Shown here: positions 51,098-62,061 of the stretch, in pieces | Layout of the letters: each line of letters starts with the position of its first letter | Numbering within the stretch: the stretch's first letter is position 1 | Source: Phoronis australis | Lineage: Eukaryota > Animalia > Phoronida | Direction: 5' to 3' | DNA: 64,000 bases | Assembly: GCA_002633005.1 (NCBI GenBank) | Contig: NMRA01000439.1 | Span: 319,376-383,375 of the forward strand | Program-made: the position numbers and the translations under genes | The notes under the pieces: model-generated | What the model saw: the letters and a program-made list of their open reading frames with translations, nothing else | Told to the model about the DNA's origin: nothing | Database searches by the model: none

Positions 51098-52936
51098 ATG
51101 GCAGCTATCGAGGACAGCGTAATTAGTTTGCCTGAACACCAGGAAAAATGTTGGGTGTGTTACGAATACTTCCGGGATTCTTTTCCGGTTTTACACGTAT
51201 ATTGCGAGAAATGCATTGGTATGGGAGGAAAGCACATGCCCTCCAGGAACCGGTTGTTTGTATGTCCTATTTGCCGCACGTGCATGGAGATTCCACAAAT
51301 AAAAGATAACGAGCGTGTAGCGAATAAATCGCGTGAGGTGAATACGACGTCACGAAAGTGCGGAGAGTCATTGTGTTTGTCGTGTTCTGAGGCTTGTGCC
51401 GGCGAATTATGGTCGAGCGACGACTATCAGCTTAGCTTGGAGGAAATGATTTCCTTAAGTTGGAGTGACAAGAGCTTTAAGACGGAAAGCGATGATGAAA
51501 AATCACTATTTGTGACTAATAGTGGGCACGGAGGTGGTATAGAAGATTTGAAGGTGTGCTGCGAGAAATGTGGCGCCATCTTGTGCATGGTCAACAATAA
51601 CAACCAGTTGGTGGGATCGTCCATGCGACCAGAAGATAAAGTAACGTGTCTCGTGTCGAAACTAGACCACAAAATGGATGAACTGGACAAGGTGGTTGCC
51701 AATGGAAAAGATGTTTTAAATCACGTGGAAAGCGACGTAAAACATGTACGTAACAAGATCGCAAAATGGTTCGAAGAAAAGAAGAACTCACTTCTTAGCA
51801 AACTCGACGCGGAACGGGAGCATGCTATCGCACAGATAGAATCCGAGCTTGAAGACGCTTCATTGAAACGTACTACATTTAACAATACCTTGCGATGTGT
51901 TCAGAGCACTTTGGATATTCCAGATGAATCGCGACGAATGATCGAATGCCAGAGTCTGATACCTATGTTGTTAGAACTCAACCACCAGGTGGCCATAATT
52001 CACACGCACACGCCTGTGTTCGCGTTCACACGAGGTGGTTCACCGAACGTCAAAGTTGGTATAAACGTGAAACTCGAAAGTTCACTGGAAACCCGCATCC
52101 TCGGAGTGAAAGAACCTCGCGTTCTTTGCGAGGCTGTGCGCACTAAAACTTTTAACACTGTGCAAAGCAATTGTCAAGCCAAAGGTTCGTGTTGGGGGAT
52201 CACAGTGAACCAGGCTATGTATCTGACCACAGATTGGAAAGCGGAACTTGTCAAAGTGTTTTCGCTTGACGGTGTATTCCAACAGACTTTGAAAGACGGA
52301 AACTACGCGTTAAAATGTCCTGTAGATGTCGCCACTGACCCAAACACGGACGAAACGGTGGTATCCGACGACGACATTAAAGGTGTTGTCATCTATGACA
52401 AAAACTTGAAGCAGAAGAAGGTTTTGAAAAATGTCTACAAAGGTTGGGGTAGCCTCGCTTTCGGTCGTGGACAAATAGTTGTAGCTGGAACGGGTCGCAT
52501 CACAATCCTTGATAAGCAAGGCAGGGTTGTAAATGTGATCAATCATACTGTATTGGGTCTGGACGAATTTAATCCACTACACGTGGCCGTTGACAAAGAT
52601 GGAAATATCCTAACAACCGATCGGATACAACGCTGTGTGTTCAAGTTGAACTACAAGGGAGATGAGATCATTTATAAGTACCCACCCAACGACAACACCA
52701 GCTTCGAGAATCCACGTGGCGTGTGTGTCGACGAATGGGGACACGTCATTGTCGTCGATGGAGAAAGTTCCGCGCTTATACACGTCATTTCTGCTTCCGG
52801 ATCTCATCATTTTACCTTGCCGACGTGTGGGGGTAGTTTGACCAACCCGCGCGGAATAGTGTATTGTGGAAACGGCGAGGTATCCGTGCTCCAAATCTTG
52901 GGAACTGTCAATGTTTACAAGTATATGGACTTATAA
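51098..52936 (+). CDS. TRIM-NHL protein (TRIM2/3/71-like architecture: degenerate RING, B-box relics, coiled coil, NHL beta-propeller), 612 aa, uninterrupted CDS
   Basis: RING-like CWVC...HVYCEKC...CPICR, B-box-like CxxC segments and a heptad-rich helical region. NHL repeats include PVDVATD, FNPLHVAVDKDGNIL, FENPRGVCVDEWGHVIVVD and LTNPRGI. Confidence 0.92.
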   Translation: MAAIEDSVISLPEHQEKCWVCYEYFRDSFPVLHVYCEKCIGMGGKHMPSRNRLFVCPICRTCMEIPQIKDNERVANKSREVNTTSRKCGESLCLSCSEACAGELWSSDDYQLSLEEMISLSWSDKSFKTESDDEKSLFVTNSGHGGGIEDLKVCCEKCGAILCMVNNNNQLVGSSMRPEDKVTCLVSKLDHKMDELDKVVANGKDVLNHVESDVKHVRNKIAKWFEEKKNSLLSKLDAEREHAIAQIESELEDASLKRTTFNNTLRCVQSTLDIPDESRRMIECQSLIPMLLELNHQVAIIHTHTPVFAFTRGGSPNVKVGINVKLESSLETRILGVKEPRVLCEAVRTKTFNTVQSNCQAKGSCWGITVNQAMYLTTDWKAELVKVFSLDGVFQQTLKDGNYALKCPVDVATDPNTDETVVSDDDIKGVVIYDKNLKQKKVLKNVYKGWGSLAFGRGQIVVAGTGRITILDKQGRVVNVINHTVLGLDEFNPLHVAVDKDGNILTTDRIQRCVFKLNYKGDEIIYKYPPNDNTSFENPRGVCVDEWGHVIVVDGESSALIHVISASGSHHFTLPTCGGSLTNPRGIVYCGNGEVSVLQILGTVNVYKYMDL

Positions 52937-53342
52937 GGTGACACATTTCGGGAATTCGTCGCCACATACGGAACGAGGTGGAAACTAGAATTACATCACG
53001 TGACTGCGACTCCACTCACTTCAAAAGCCACGGAGATTTTGAACAGCTGTGTGTCTGCTTCTTGCAATCGTTAGAAAAACAGCACGAGTTACTTTGCATC
53101 CTGGCTGCTAATTCAAATGACAGTCGTTTTAATCGAACCCTTGTTTTATTTATTTGGTGAAGTACCACTGATTTCTTACATCAGCCTTCCTATTGTATGT
53201 CAAAAGAACAAATAGTAAATAATGGTTACCGTCTCATATTTTGTATTCCTTCCTTTGTTTTATGTTGTATTCAAGTGTGTTTTACGGTAGACCTCAATGA
53301 AGCGTCTTTTGTCTTTGTGGATCTCCGGCTTACATGCATGGG

Positions 53343-53410
53343 TACGTACGTACATACATATATACATACATAAATACACACACATACATAAATACATGGA
53401 TACATACGTC
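53343..53410. repeat. (TACA)n-like microsatellite
   Basis: Degenerate TACA/CATA tandem units. Confidence 0.75.
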
Positions 53411-54617
53411 CAAATCTTTCTCTCTCTCAGACTGTCACACACGTAAAGCAAGTGCACGAAAGTCTAAGTGAAGGCATTTACATTGATGTCAACTGAGAGG
53501 TTTCTGCCTGTCGTTCATCACCCTTATACTGGACCACCCTTTCGTATTAGATGGTACAGTGACATAAAGGGTACACAATCAGCCACATTCCACGCATCTG
53601 GGAACTGGGAAGAGTTTCATAGACTTCATAGACGAAAGAATGCCATGAGGAAGCTGAATGTGATCACGTATTTTGCTTGTGATATATGTCGAAATTTTGC
53701 AAAGTACTGCGTGATCTTGCGTTTTCTCGAGATTCTCTTCCCTACGGAACGCACGACAGGTCACTGCACTTTGTAACACGTGTGAAAAGGAGCCTCTTGC
53801 TGCATGGGGGTGTATCCAATAAAAATCAAGGACGTGTTTGTGTGTGCTCATTCTCAAAAGAATTATTTGTAGATCAACGTATTTTCCTATTCCGTATTTT
53901 TAAATCGATTAAAAATCGAATCTGCTATAAACCCCTGTCAGTCAAAACTTATACTACAGTGCATGGACCGCCAAGTATGTATGTTCTAAACAGACGTCAT
54001 AATCTGTGATCGTATTCACTATTAGTCGAACAGTCACCATTCACTAGCGGCACCTGGGGTGAGTCACGGTTTTACTTCCGACAATTGAGTCGTCTACTAA
54101 GTAAACGGGAAGTGGAGCCTCTTCTGGGAATTCCATATGGAAATTTCTGACTTGTGAATCTGTTGTCGTGTTTTACTGGATTTAATTAACTCTGGTAAAC
54201 AAACAGTATAAACAGAACAACGAACATGGATCATCTAATTATTGAATAAAATTGCTATACAGTTAGAATATCCTGACAGTTAAACTTGCGAAAATATGGA
54301 AAATAAATTTAGACGCGACTTTGCTACGCCGCGGGCGGCTGACTGCCAAGAAAATACCATTTGGTGGCGAAATAACTTCAAATAGAAAACTTGCCATGGT
54401 GCCAAATGGTATAATATAAGTATTAATGAGTTTAAAGTAAACGGAATAATTCCCACTTGGCCAGAAACATTCATATACGCTTCTAGCCGGCGGAGCCGCA
54501 CCGCCTGGCCTGCCGTGCGCGGGTGCGCGGAATCTCTTCTCCTGTAATATAATGAGGCTATGCCCTCCACGTGCATGCAAACATATCTTGGTCTTTAGCA
54601 GAACTTATCACAGGTGT

Positions 54618-54790
54618 TGTGCAAGAAAGTCCAGGGGATATACTACCTCTGTGGTAGTTAAAACTCCTAGGGGGTGGTTAACCGAGGGAAGGTGGCAATT
54701 ATACAAGAATTCCTCAGGGATAGGCATACCTCTGTTGTAGTAAATCCAGGAATAGTGGCAGTTATGCAAGAAATTTCTAGGGGATAGTCA
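54618..54790. repeat. Degenerate minisatellite (GCAAGAA..GGGGATA / TACCTCTGT.GTAGT units)
   Basis: 2-3 diverged copies of a ~65-80 bp unit. Confidence 0.5.
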
Positions 54791-55380
54791 GTTAGCTCGT
54801 TATATTTAGCTCGTTATAGGGAGATGTACATATATGTACGTTTAGAGGTGGGTCCATCGCGTGATGCCACTAAGAGTAGTATTTAAGGCAATGACTCTTG
54901 AGACCAGAGCAGACCGGATCTACCATAGACCACAACCTCAGATCACGGGGCACAATCCCAGAACTAGACGGCAAACCAGACTGCAGAGACGGAAGCCGGG
55001 GCCAGTCGAGCAACTTCGTGTGACCAAAAGTCAAGCAGAAAGTACACAACTGAGGTATAGACACTTATCACAGGCGTTGGTCTCAGTCTGTTAGTCAATT
55101 TGAACCAGTCTAGCGATTGTTTTTTTTTTATGATTATTACGAAATCTTCAGAATACAATGAATATACATAACCCAGAAAGCGCCAAGAGGCATTAGATCT
55201 GGGTAAAAAAATACAAACAAGTCTATATACAATGATTATATGCGAATACATAAATAAAAAAACTGATGTTAAGAATACAATGATATATGACAACGAATGA
55301 AAATAATTCATTTTCATACAGATGTATAAAATTCTATCCACTCACACAAAAATATTAAATGTTATAAAGAAATTCTGATA

Positions 55381-58300
55381 CTATTTCAAATAAAACCTTA
55401 TTTTCGTTTGAGTTAAGTCCTTGACATCCATACAGAAAGAAATTAATTTTGTTGTACAATTGCGGAATTTCAGAATATTTTTTATAAACATTGGAGTATT
55501 GTTCGAGTGCCTGGAAGAGCTGTACCCTCTCCTCCTTGCATACCTCACAAGCAAAAAAACATGAGGATATGTCTGGGTATCTCCACAGGAACACGGAGGA
55601 GAAATATTATTAAAATTATGTCTAAATTTCTCGTTGTTTAGGAATAGACCACATCTTGATCTGTGTAGGGTTATTTCATAGTTACGGGGAAGTTGGAATG
55701 ATGTCAATGGGACTGGCAAGTCTGGAGTAGTAGTATGCACTTTAAAGTTATTTTTGAGAGTGACGATTGAAGTGCTTTCTTTTATTTTGAATGGTAAGGA
55801 ATTCCAGTTGTCAATACAAGTTAATATCGTTGATCTTCTGAAGGCTTGGCTGATGGAGGCTGGAATAGTATACATATTGCTTTGCCGGAGTATTGGTCTC
55901 GTGCTTGGTCTTTTGTAGGAGTCAAAGAGGATTTTGTTAGAGTAATTGTTTATGTTGGTCAAGACTTTGAATGTATACATGGACAGGTGGAGTTTACGAC
56001 GGGTTGCTAGTTTGCTCCAGTGAAGACTATTCAGAACCTTGATTGTGTTGGACCCTTTGTATGCCCCGGTTATGGCTAAAGCTGCTTGGTATTGTAGTCT
56101 TTCTAATTGAAGAAGTATGCCAGCGTTTGCCGATTGGTAGATTATGTCACAGTAATCTAGATGTGGAAGTACAAAAGACATGAACAGAGTTTCAAGATGC
56201 ATGGAGTTGAGATGACGAGAGATAATTCTAATTGGATTAATTAATTTTTGTACTTTTTGAACGAGTTCGCGACAATGAGGAGTAAATGTAAGCTTATGGT
56301 CGAGTAGCAAGCCAAGATGTTTGTGCGTGAACTTATTGGGGATAACTTCCCCATTGAGTGATAATTCCAGTGTTGGATTTGTTTGGAAATGAGTATTATT
56401 AGACTTAGAAAATATAAGATCAACACTTTTTTCAGGTTTAAATTTCATCTTCCATTTGTGAGACCAGTCATAGAGTTTGTTAAGGTCAGTTTGCAATTGT
56501 AAGGAGTCATGGGGATGCTCTTTTGAGAATGGGTGGAATATTGCAGTGTCATCAGCATATAAGAATGTTTTAGAGCTTATCGTGTCTGGAAGATCATTGA
56601 TGTACAGTAAAAAGAGTAAGGGGCCTAGTACGCTACCCTGTGGTACTCCAGCATTTACGAAACCTGGCGTTGATGAAGGTGATAAGACACCCTCAATTCG
56701 GACTTTGTAAGTTCGATTTTCCAGATATGATTTTAAAAGTAAGAGGAGAGTGCCTGAGAAACCGTAAGATTGTAATTTATGTAGAAGCAGGTCATGGGGA
56801 ACGACATCAAAAGCTGACGCAATGTCTAAAAATACGGATCTCACGTTGTACCCTTGCTCAAACTGGAGGTGGATGTCGTGTACAATTTCTGTAAGTTGCG
56901 ACACAGTGCTGTTACCAGGCATGAATCCAAATTGGCGACGATATATGAGGTTTTGTGAAGAGAGGTGGTCAAACATGTGCTGAGAAAGAATTTTTTCTAA
57001 AATTTTGGATAAGGTGTTAAGTAGAGTTATGGGGCGATAGTTGGCAATGTCTGTTTTGGAGTTCTTTTTGTGTATTGGTATCATAACGCCAAGCTTCCAG
57101 TTCAAAGGAAATTTTCCAGATTGTAGTATTTTGTTGTATAATGTTGTCAGAGGAAGTGTAAGCTCTCTTGCTATTATCTTGATCATTTTATTGGTTATGA
57201 GATTGGTACCGTCGTTTTTGTTTTCGTCAATGTTTTCTAGTAGTTTTCTGACTTCAGATGGTTGGGCTTCTATGTAAGAGAGGTGTTCTAATGTTCTGTT
57301 TGGGAATTCTGGATAGTTTATTGTTGGTGCAATGTGACTCTTGGCAGTGAAGTAGTCTAGAAATAAGATACTTTTATCGGCTTTGGATGACGCCTGAGAG
57401 TTGGATTCTTTTGAGTGGATGGTGGGGTATGATGATTGCTTTACCTGTCCTCGAATTTTGTTTACTATATCCCAATATTCCTTAGAATTTTTGGAGACAT
57501 TTTTGATATTGGAGATAACTTTCATCTTATAGTCTTGTTTTGTCTTTTTAATTAGTTCTTCCACACTCTTGCACTGTTCTTTGTAGCACTTGAACGTGCA
57601 TGGGTTATTTGATCTTCTGAACGATCTGTACAGTTTATTTCTTTTATTTATTTCAGACTTAATGTTATTGTTAAACCACGGTTTGTTCTTGTTTTTTATT
57701 GTTTTCATGGTTGATGGGATATTATTATCTAATATGTTGTAGAGTGACTGTGTGAATATTGAGACTGCGTCATTTATGTCACTTTTGTTAAGTATTTCAG
57801 TCCAGTTGAATGTGGTTATGTCAGAGCGCAGTTTGTCCATGTTAATGAGGTTGTAATTCCAGATCTTCTTCATAATGTCTGGTTCTTTAGGTGGGCAGTT
57901 GAGTGTGAATGTTGTTTCTATAACGTGGTGGTCTGAGTTACCAATGGGAGGCCTTACAGAAGTGGATTCAATTAATCCGAGATTGTTTGTTATACATAAA
58001 TCAAGGCAAGAATGTGAATACTCTGTTAAACGTGTCGGCTCGTTTATTAGTTGTATACAGTCATTTGTGAGGAGAATATCGAATAATTCGAGACCGGCTT
58101 GGTTGTCATTGTCTTCAGAGTACCAAGTACTATTTCTTGCGTTGAAATCCCCGTTGATAACAATCGTTTTATTAGTTTGAGAGAGTTCTTGCAATTGCTC
58201 TGAAAAGGTTTTGAAATATGCTTTCCGTTCATGGGACGTCTGTGAGGGTGAGCGATAGAAAAAACCGTAATATACCTTTTTGTGGTTGACGTAAAGTTCA

Positions 58301-58860
58301 ATCCAACAGTTACTCATTGATTGTATAATTTTATCATCAATTGTTTTGTAATTTACGGAGTTGTGGACAAACAAGATCAACCCCCTCCCGACGTTAGTGT
58401 GGTAGGCAATGTGGTATTCTGGAATAATAAGTGCACTGAGGTTGTCTTCGGACAGTGTTCCAGATTCACATATAGCAATGACCATGTAATTGTTGTCTGT
58501 AATAACTTGCTTGAGAAGATCAAATCTTGAAAGATTGTTCGCCTTGATACTGTTGATATTAGTGAATAAGACCTTGAAGCTGGCTAAACCCTGAGTGCCT
58601 GGTCCTGGATTGACCTCTATGTCACCAGCAGTCAAAAGACTTTGCTCAATGATAACTCGGATATCACAACATGAGTTCTTCATTGTGCAGTAAACATTAC
58701 GTAAGTGCTCAGTTCGGGGTCGTTTTCGTAGTAGAAGAGTGAGGTCGAGCGTAATAGACGAAAAGCAGTGGGGTATTTTTGTTTTCCAGACACCCGAACA
58801 ATTATAATTATTATGTCTGTAGTTAAATACTGATAAATTCATACAGTTCATAGTTAACAT
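55381..58860 (-). CDS. LINE ORF2: 2A peptide, APE endonuclease, reverse transcriptase (1159 aa; the true C-terminus probably continues in another frame to 55355)
   Basis: APE motifs NINS, ICES, GDFNAR, SCLDL and SDH. RT motifs PIHKK..NYRPITLL, QFGF, FLDIASAFDVV, GVPQGSVLGPLLF, YADD and KHLGL. 2A motif DIEVNPGP. Confidence 0.95.
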   Translation of the reverse strand: MLTMNCMNLSVFNYRHNNYNCSGVWKTKIPHCFSSITLDLTLLLRKRPRTEHLRNVYCTMKNSCCDIRVIIEQSLLTAGDIEVNPGPGTQGLASFKVLFTNINSIKANNLSRFDLLKQVITDNNYMVIAICESGTLSEDNLSALIIPEYHIAYHTNVGRGLILFVHNSVNYKTIDDKIIQSMSNCWIELYVNHKKVYYGFFYRSPSQTSHERKAYFKTFSEQLQELSQTNKTIVINGDFNARNSTWYSEDNDNQAGLELFDILLTNDCIQLINEPTRLTEYSHSCLDLCITNNLGLIESTSVRPPIGNSDHHVIETTFTLNCPPKEPDIMKKIWNYNLINMDKLRSDITTFNWTEILNKSDINDAVSIFTQSLYNILDNNIPSTMKTIKNKNKPWFNNNIKSEINKRNKLYRSFRRSNNPCTFKCYKEQCKSVEELIKKTKQDYKMKVISNIKNVSKNSKEYWDIVNKIRGQVKQSSYPTIHSKESNSQASSKADKSILFLDYFTAKSHIAPTINYPEFPNRTLEHLSYIEAQPSEVRKLLENIDENKNDGTNLITNKMIKIIARELTLPLTTLYNKILQSGKFPLNWKLGVMIPIHKKNSKTDIANYRPITLLNTLSKILEKILSQHMFDHLSSQNLIYRRQFGFMPGNSTVSQLTEIVHDIHLQFEQGYNVRSVFLDIASAFDVVPHDLLLHKLQSYGFSGTLLLLLKSYLENRTYKVRIEGVLSPSSTPGFVNAGVPQGSVLGPLLFLLYINDLPDTISSKTFLYADDTAIFHPFSKEHPHDSLQLQTDLNKLYDWSHKWKMKFKPEKSVDLIFSKSNNTHFQTNPTLELSLNGEVIPNKFTHKHLGLLLDHKLTFTPHCRELVQKVQKLINPIRIISRHLNSMHLETLFMSFVLPHLDYCDIIYQSANAGILLQLERLQYQAALAITGAYKGSNTIKVLNSLHWSKLATRRKLHLSMYTFKVLTNINNYSNKILFDSYKRPSTRPILRQSNMYTIPASISQAFRRSTILTCIDNWNSLPFKIKESTSIVTLKNNFKVHTTTPDLPVPLTSFQLPRNYEITLHRSRCGLFLNNEKFRHNFNNISPPCSCGDTQTYPHVFLLVRYARRRGYSSSRHSNNTPMFIKNILKFRNCTTKLISFCMDVKDLTQTKIRFYLK
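58600..58638 (-). other. 2A (StopGo) ribosome-skipping peptide LLTAGDIEVNPGP
   Basis: Exact match to D(V/I)ExNPG|P, with the usual LLxxG lead-in, just upstream of the APE domain. Confidence 0.85.
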
Positions 58861-61224
58861 GCTTATCTAACAAGAGAAAAAGAAGTATATACAAGTGTGT
58901 GAATAGACTAAAAGTAATGAAGTAAGGACAAAAGCTATGAACACTAGGGTAGGCATGAAAATTCCCACCACCACTAATTTAATTACATTGAGGTTGGCTA
59001 AATCTTGCAAATAGAAAACTGAAGGATTAGTAACAATAACAAGAGAAATGGATTGGCGTACTACGGATGTGATATTAGTTCAAATAGATGAGAGTCAACG
59101 GGGTAATATGTAGAACATTAACACTGTATTTTGGGATGAAAATATATTGCCAATTCAGTTGTCTTATTACGCATGACGCTGCCCGAGTCAAATAGAGCTC
59201 TGAGACAATACGATACTCGTTTGGCCGTTTTTAGCTTGAACGTTAATGGTGATGAAAATTGAAACAACTACAGTTGTCAAGTTCAGTGTAGTTTCATAAT
59301 CATGACACATGTGAGACGTGAAATACTTTTAAAAATATTCATTACTAAGATAAAAGATGTTCTGATTTTACTCCTTGTTGTTTCATTGTTATTAGGAAGC
59401 CATGCGTGTAGGTTGTAGCTAATTGACCCAGAAGAGCATTTAAAGTACCTTATCACTTGCAAAATCAAAATTCAAGCGAGTTGTACTTTTTGCTGCACCG
59501 AGTTTGCCCGTGGGCCAAACGTTGTCATGCCAATATCAAAATCAAAATTTATAGGCAAGAGCTCAGTTTGGCTTTGTTTGAGCACATAATTATGTTATTG
59601 GGACACAGATTTTTTTTACAGAACGACTACGATTGCTCTGGAGAGATAGTTCTGCTGTGACTTGTTTTGTGTTAATGTGTGCGGTAGCTACGGGGAACTT
59701 GTGACACTGTTGATTAGTAGTTTCTCCAGGAGGAATATCTTGTCTCAATCAGTTAGTCGTCAGTCTCACAACTTATTGTGATATATAGTTTGTGAATAAC
59801 AACGCTGTAAGTTAATAAACGTATTCTATTGTTAAAGAAGCGAAATCCCTGCTCACCCTCCAATCACCTATTTTCACCTGTTTACCTCTGATTAGTGAGT
59901 CACACTCTTGCTTATGATATATGTTTTTCTTGATAAACTTTAGATTTTGCCTATGTGTATTTTCCAAGGCACTGCTCATGCTTTTTTGTTTTCAATATTT
60001 TAGGCAAAGACACTTCACAATGTTGAATTTGACAAAGTGAAATCGGCCGTAGTCAACGCCTCGCGTACTTCGTCGGCGCACACACGCCCGCTAGGTGTCG
60101 CCACAAACCGTGACGCTATAATGGCGGCGGGCTTTGTGTGTCTTGTTAACGTCTTTGGTTAAAGTCCATCTCTCACGCGTTGTTAGCCCTTATTACATGG
60201 TTAGAAGATGTTATAAGGATCCAAGAAGTACCTACCCCATAACTAATACACGATCCGTACTCGAAAACAGTTTAAATGAACGCGCCACTCACGATTCGCA
60301 CCCGAAGAAACACCGCCATTTTGAACTTGCCGCGAACCCGGAAGTACAATTCATTCAGGAACCCAGGCCGAGAAAACGCCGTCAGTGCGACTGGAGCAGT
60401 GCCTGTACTGTTACCAGCCAGCAAACGGGTATAAAAAATCGACAGCGCGCCTTAATTTTGATAAAATCAAACTACGGACAATTTTATGGAATTTGCTGAA
60501 GAAATGTGGCGAATAAATTTTGACAGAAATTATTTTGCCAGACTCGGGACCGCAGCCTATCGGACCCGGTGCGGATCGAGACCAGACACTGGCGAACGGT
60601 AAATGCATGCGGTTGCAAGCTGTTTTGTCGAAGTAAAATGGTCAAATGATAAATGCTGCATATATTCAAGGGTAGTTTCAGACACTTGCATGAAATTACG
60701 GGCTGGTTAGTCCTGTGTCACACTGCCGCGGCAGACCTTAGTTAGCCTCAGTCACCAGTTACCAGTGAAGACTATAGTCAAAATACAGCTTGTTAGTAGG
60801 CCTATACAGCTTTGCGCCAAGACTACCCTTAGGCCTAACTGGTCGCTGGCCACAAACACAAAAACACGAAAATTGAACAAAGTTTCTTTTTTGTAGCAAC
60901 GTTTGCCAAAATGTATCAACGTTAAATCTTCACAAATTACAATGTAGCCGATTGAACATGCCTTTCAGTTCAGCAAAAGTCGACATTGTAGGTGCCGCCA
61001 GAAATGAGACGAAGTTCGGCAAAGGGAATTGTGAGCACATTTATCACTTAATGAGTAACAACTGCGAGGCTGAAATTTAGTGAACACTGCTAAATCGTGC
61101 AGAATAGTAAATAAAGATATGTCTAACTAAATTTCACCGTAATTTGTTGGCGAAAACAATTTACACAAAGTTTTAAATTCGTAACTCATTCCGCTGTCCT
61201 CCAATATGGCCGACGCAATCCAAA

Positions 61225-62061
61225 CACAAAACTTGCAATAACTTTACACTGCTTGCCCCGATTTTGATACTTTTTCGATTTTTACCGAGTAGAATGTAAT
61301 AACTTTCCGATGATAGCAAAGTACTTTTTCAAAACGAGGAAAAAAATAAAACCGAAAAAAAATGGTTCGACCCATATTGGTTCCTAGGTTCGACTCGCCT
61401 AGGTAAGGAACTAAACACCAATGCTATTTTAACATACTAAGTACGCGTAACATTCCAAAAGAAATCAACGACCACTAACTACAAACTATAAATACACTAC
61501 ATATGCAAACGAATCACGATATATTACTAATAAAACAAAATAATGAAGACTTTTCGAGCAAGCCATAGCACATTCAGTTACAAGGAAAAAATGGTGGCGT
61601 TCAGGACAAGTTCCTGAACTGATGAGCCGGAAATNGTGACCCAAATTTCGCCACAAAACTTGCAATAACTTTACAGTGCTTGCCCCGATTTTGATACTTT
61701 TTCGATTTTTACCGAGTAGAATGTACTAACTTTCAGATGATAGCAAAGTACTTTTTCAAAACGAGGAAAAAAATAAAACCGAAAAAAAAATTGGTTCGAC
61801 CCATATTGGTTCCTAGGTTCGACTCGCCTACGTAAGGAGCTAAACACCAATGCTATTTTAACATACTAAGTACGCGTAACATTCCAAAAAAATCAACGAC
61901 CACTAACTACAAACTATAAATACACTAAATATGCAAACGAATCACGATATATTACTAATAAAACAACATAATGAAGACTTTTCGAGCAAGCCATAGCACA
62001 TTCAGTTACAAGGAAAAATGGCGGCGTTCAGGACAAGTTCCTGAACTGATGAGCCGGAAAT
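61225..62061. repeat. Tandem duplication of a ~410-bp unit (61225-61634 and 61652-62061)
   Basis: Near-identical copies with a few substitutions and homopolymer differences. An n at 61635 and a 16-bp spacer lie between them. Confidence 0.85.

Larger units (their letters stand above)
55120..58860 (-). mobile_element. CR1-type LINE, nearly intact, with 3'UTR and A-rich tail; 5' boundary not defined
   Basis: Long APE-RT ORF and a ~230-nt 3'UTR ending AATAATCAT-A10 (T run at 55120-55129 on +). No ORF1 or TSD recognised. Confidence 0.9.

Noticed and set aside
60100-60350. YY1 (CCGCCATTTT / ATGGCGGC) plus ETS (CCGGAAGT) motifs suggesting a housekeeping promoter
   Set aside because: The same motifs recur in many repeat-derived segments of this window, and no associated exon was found.
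61618-61634. CTGATGAGCCGGAAA as a hammerhead core (also at about 62046)
   Set aside because: Only 4 nt lie between the boxes, so there is no stem II, and no stem I is apparent.
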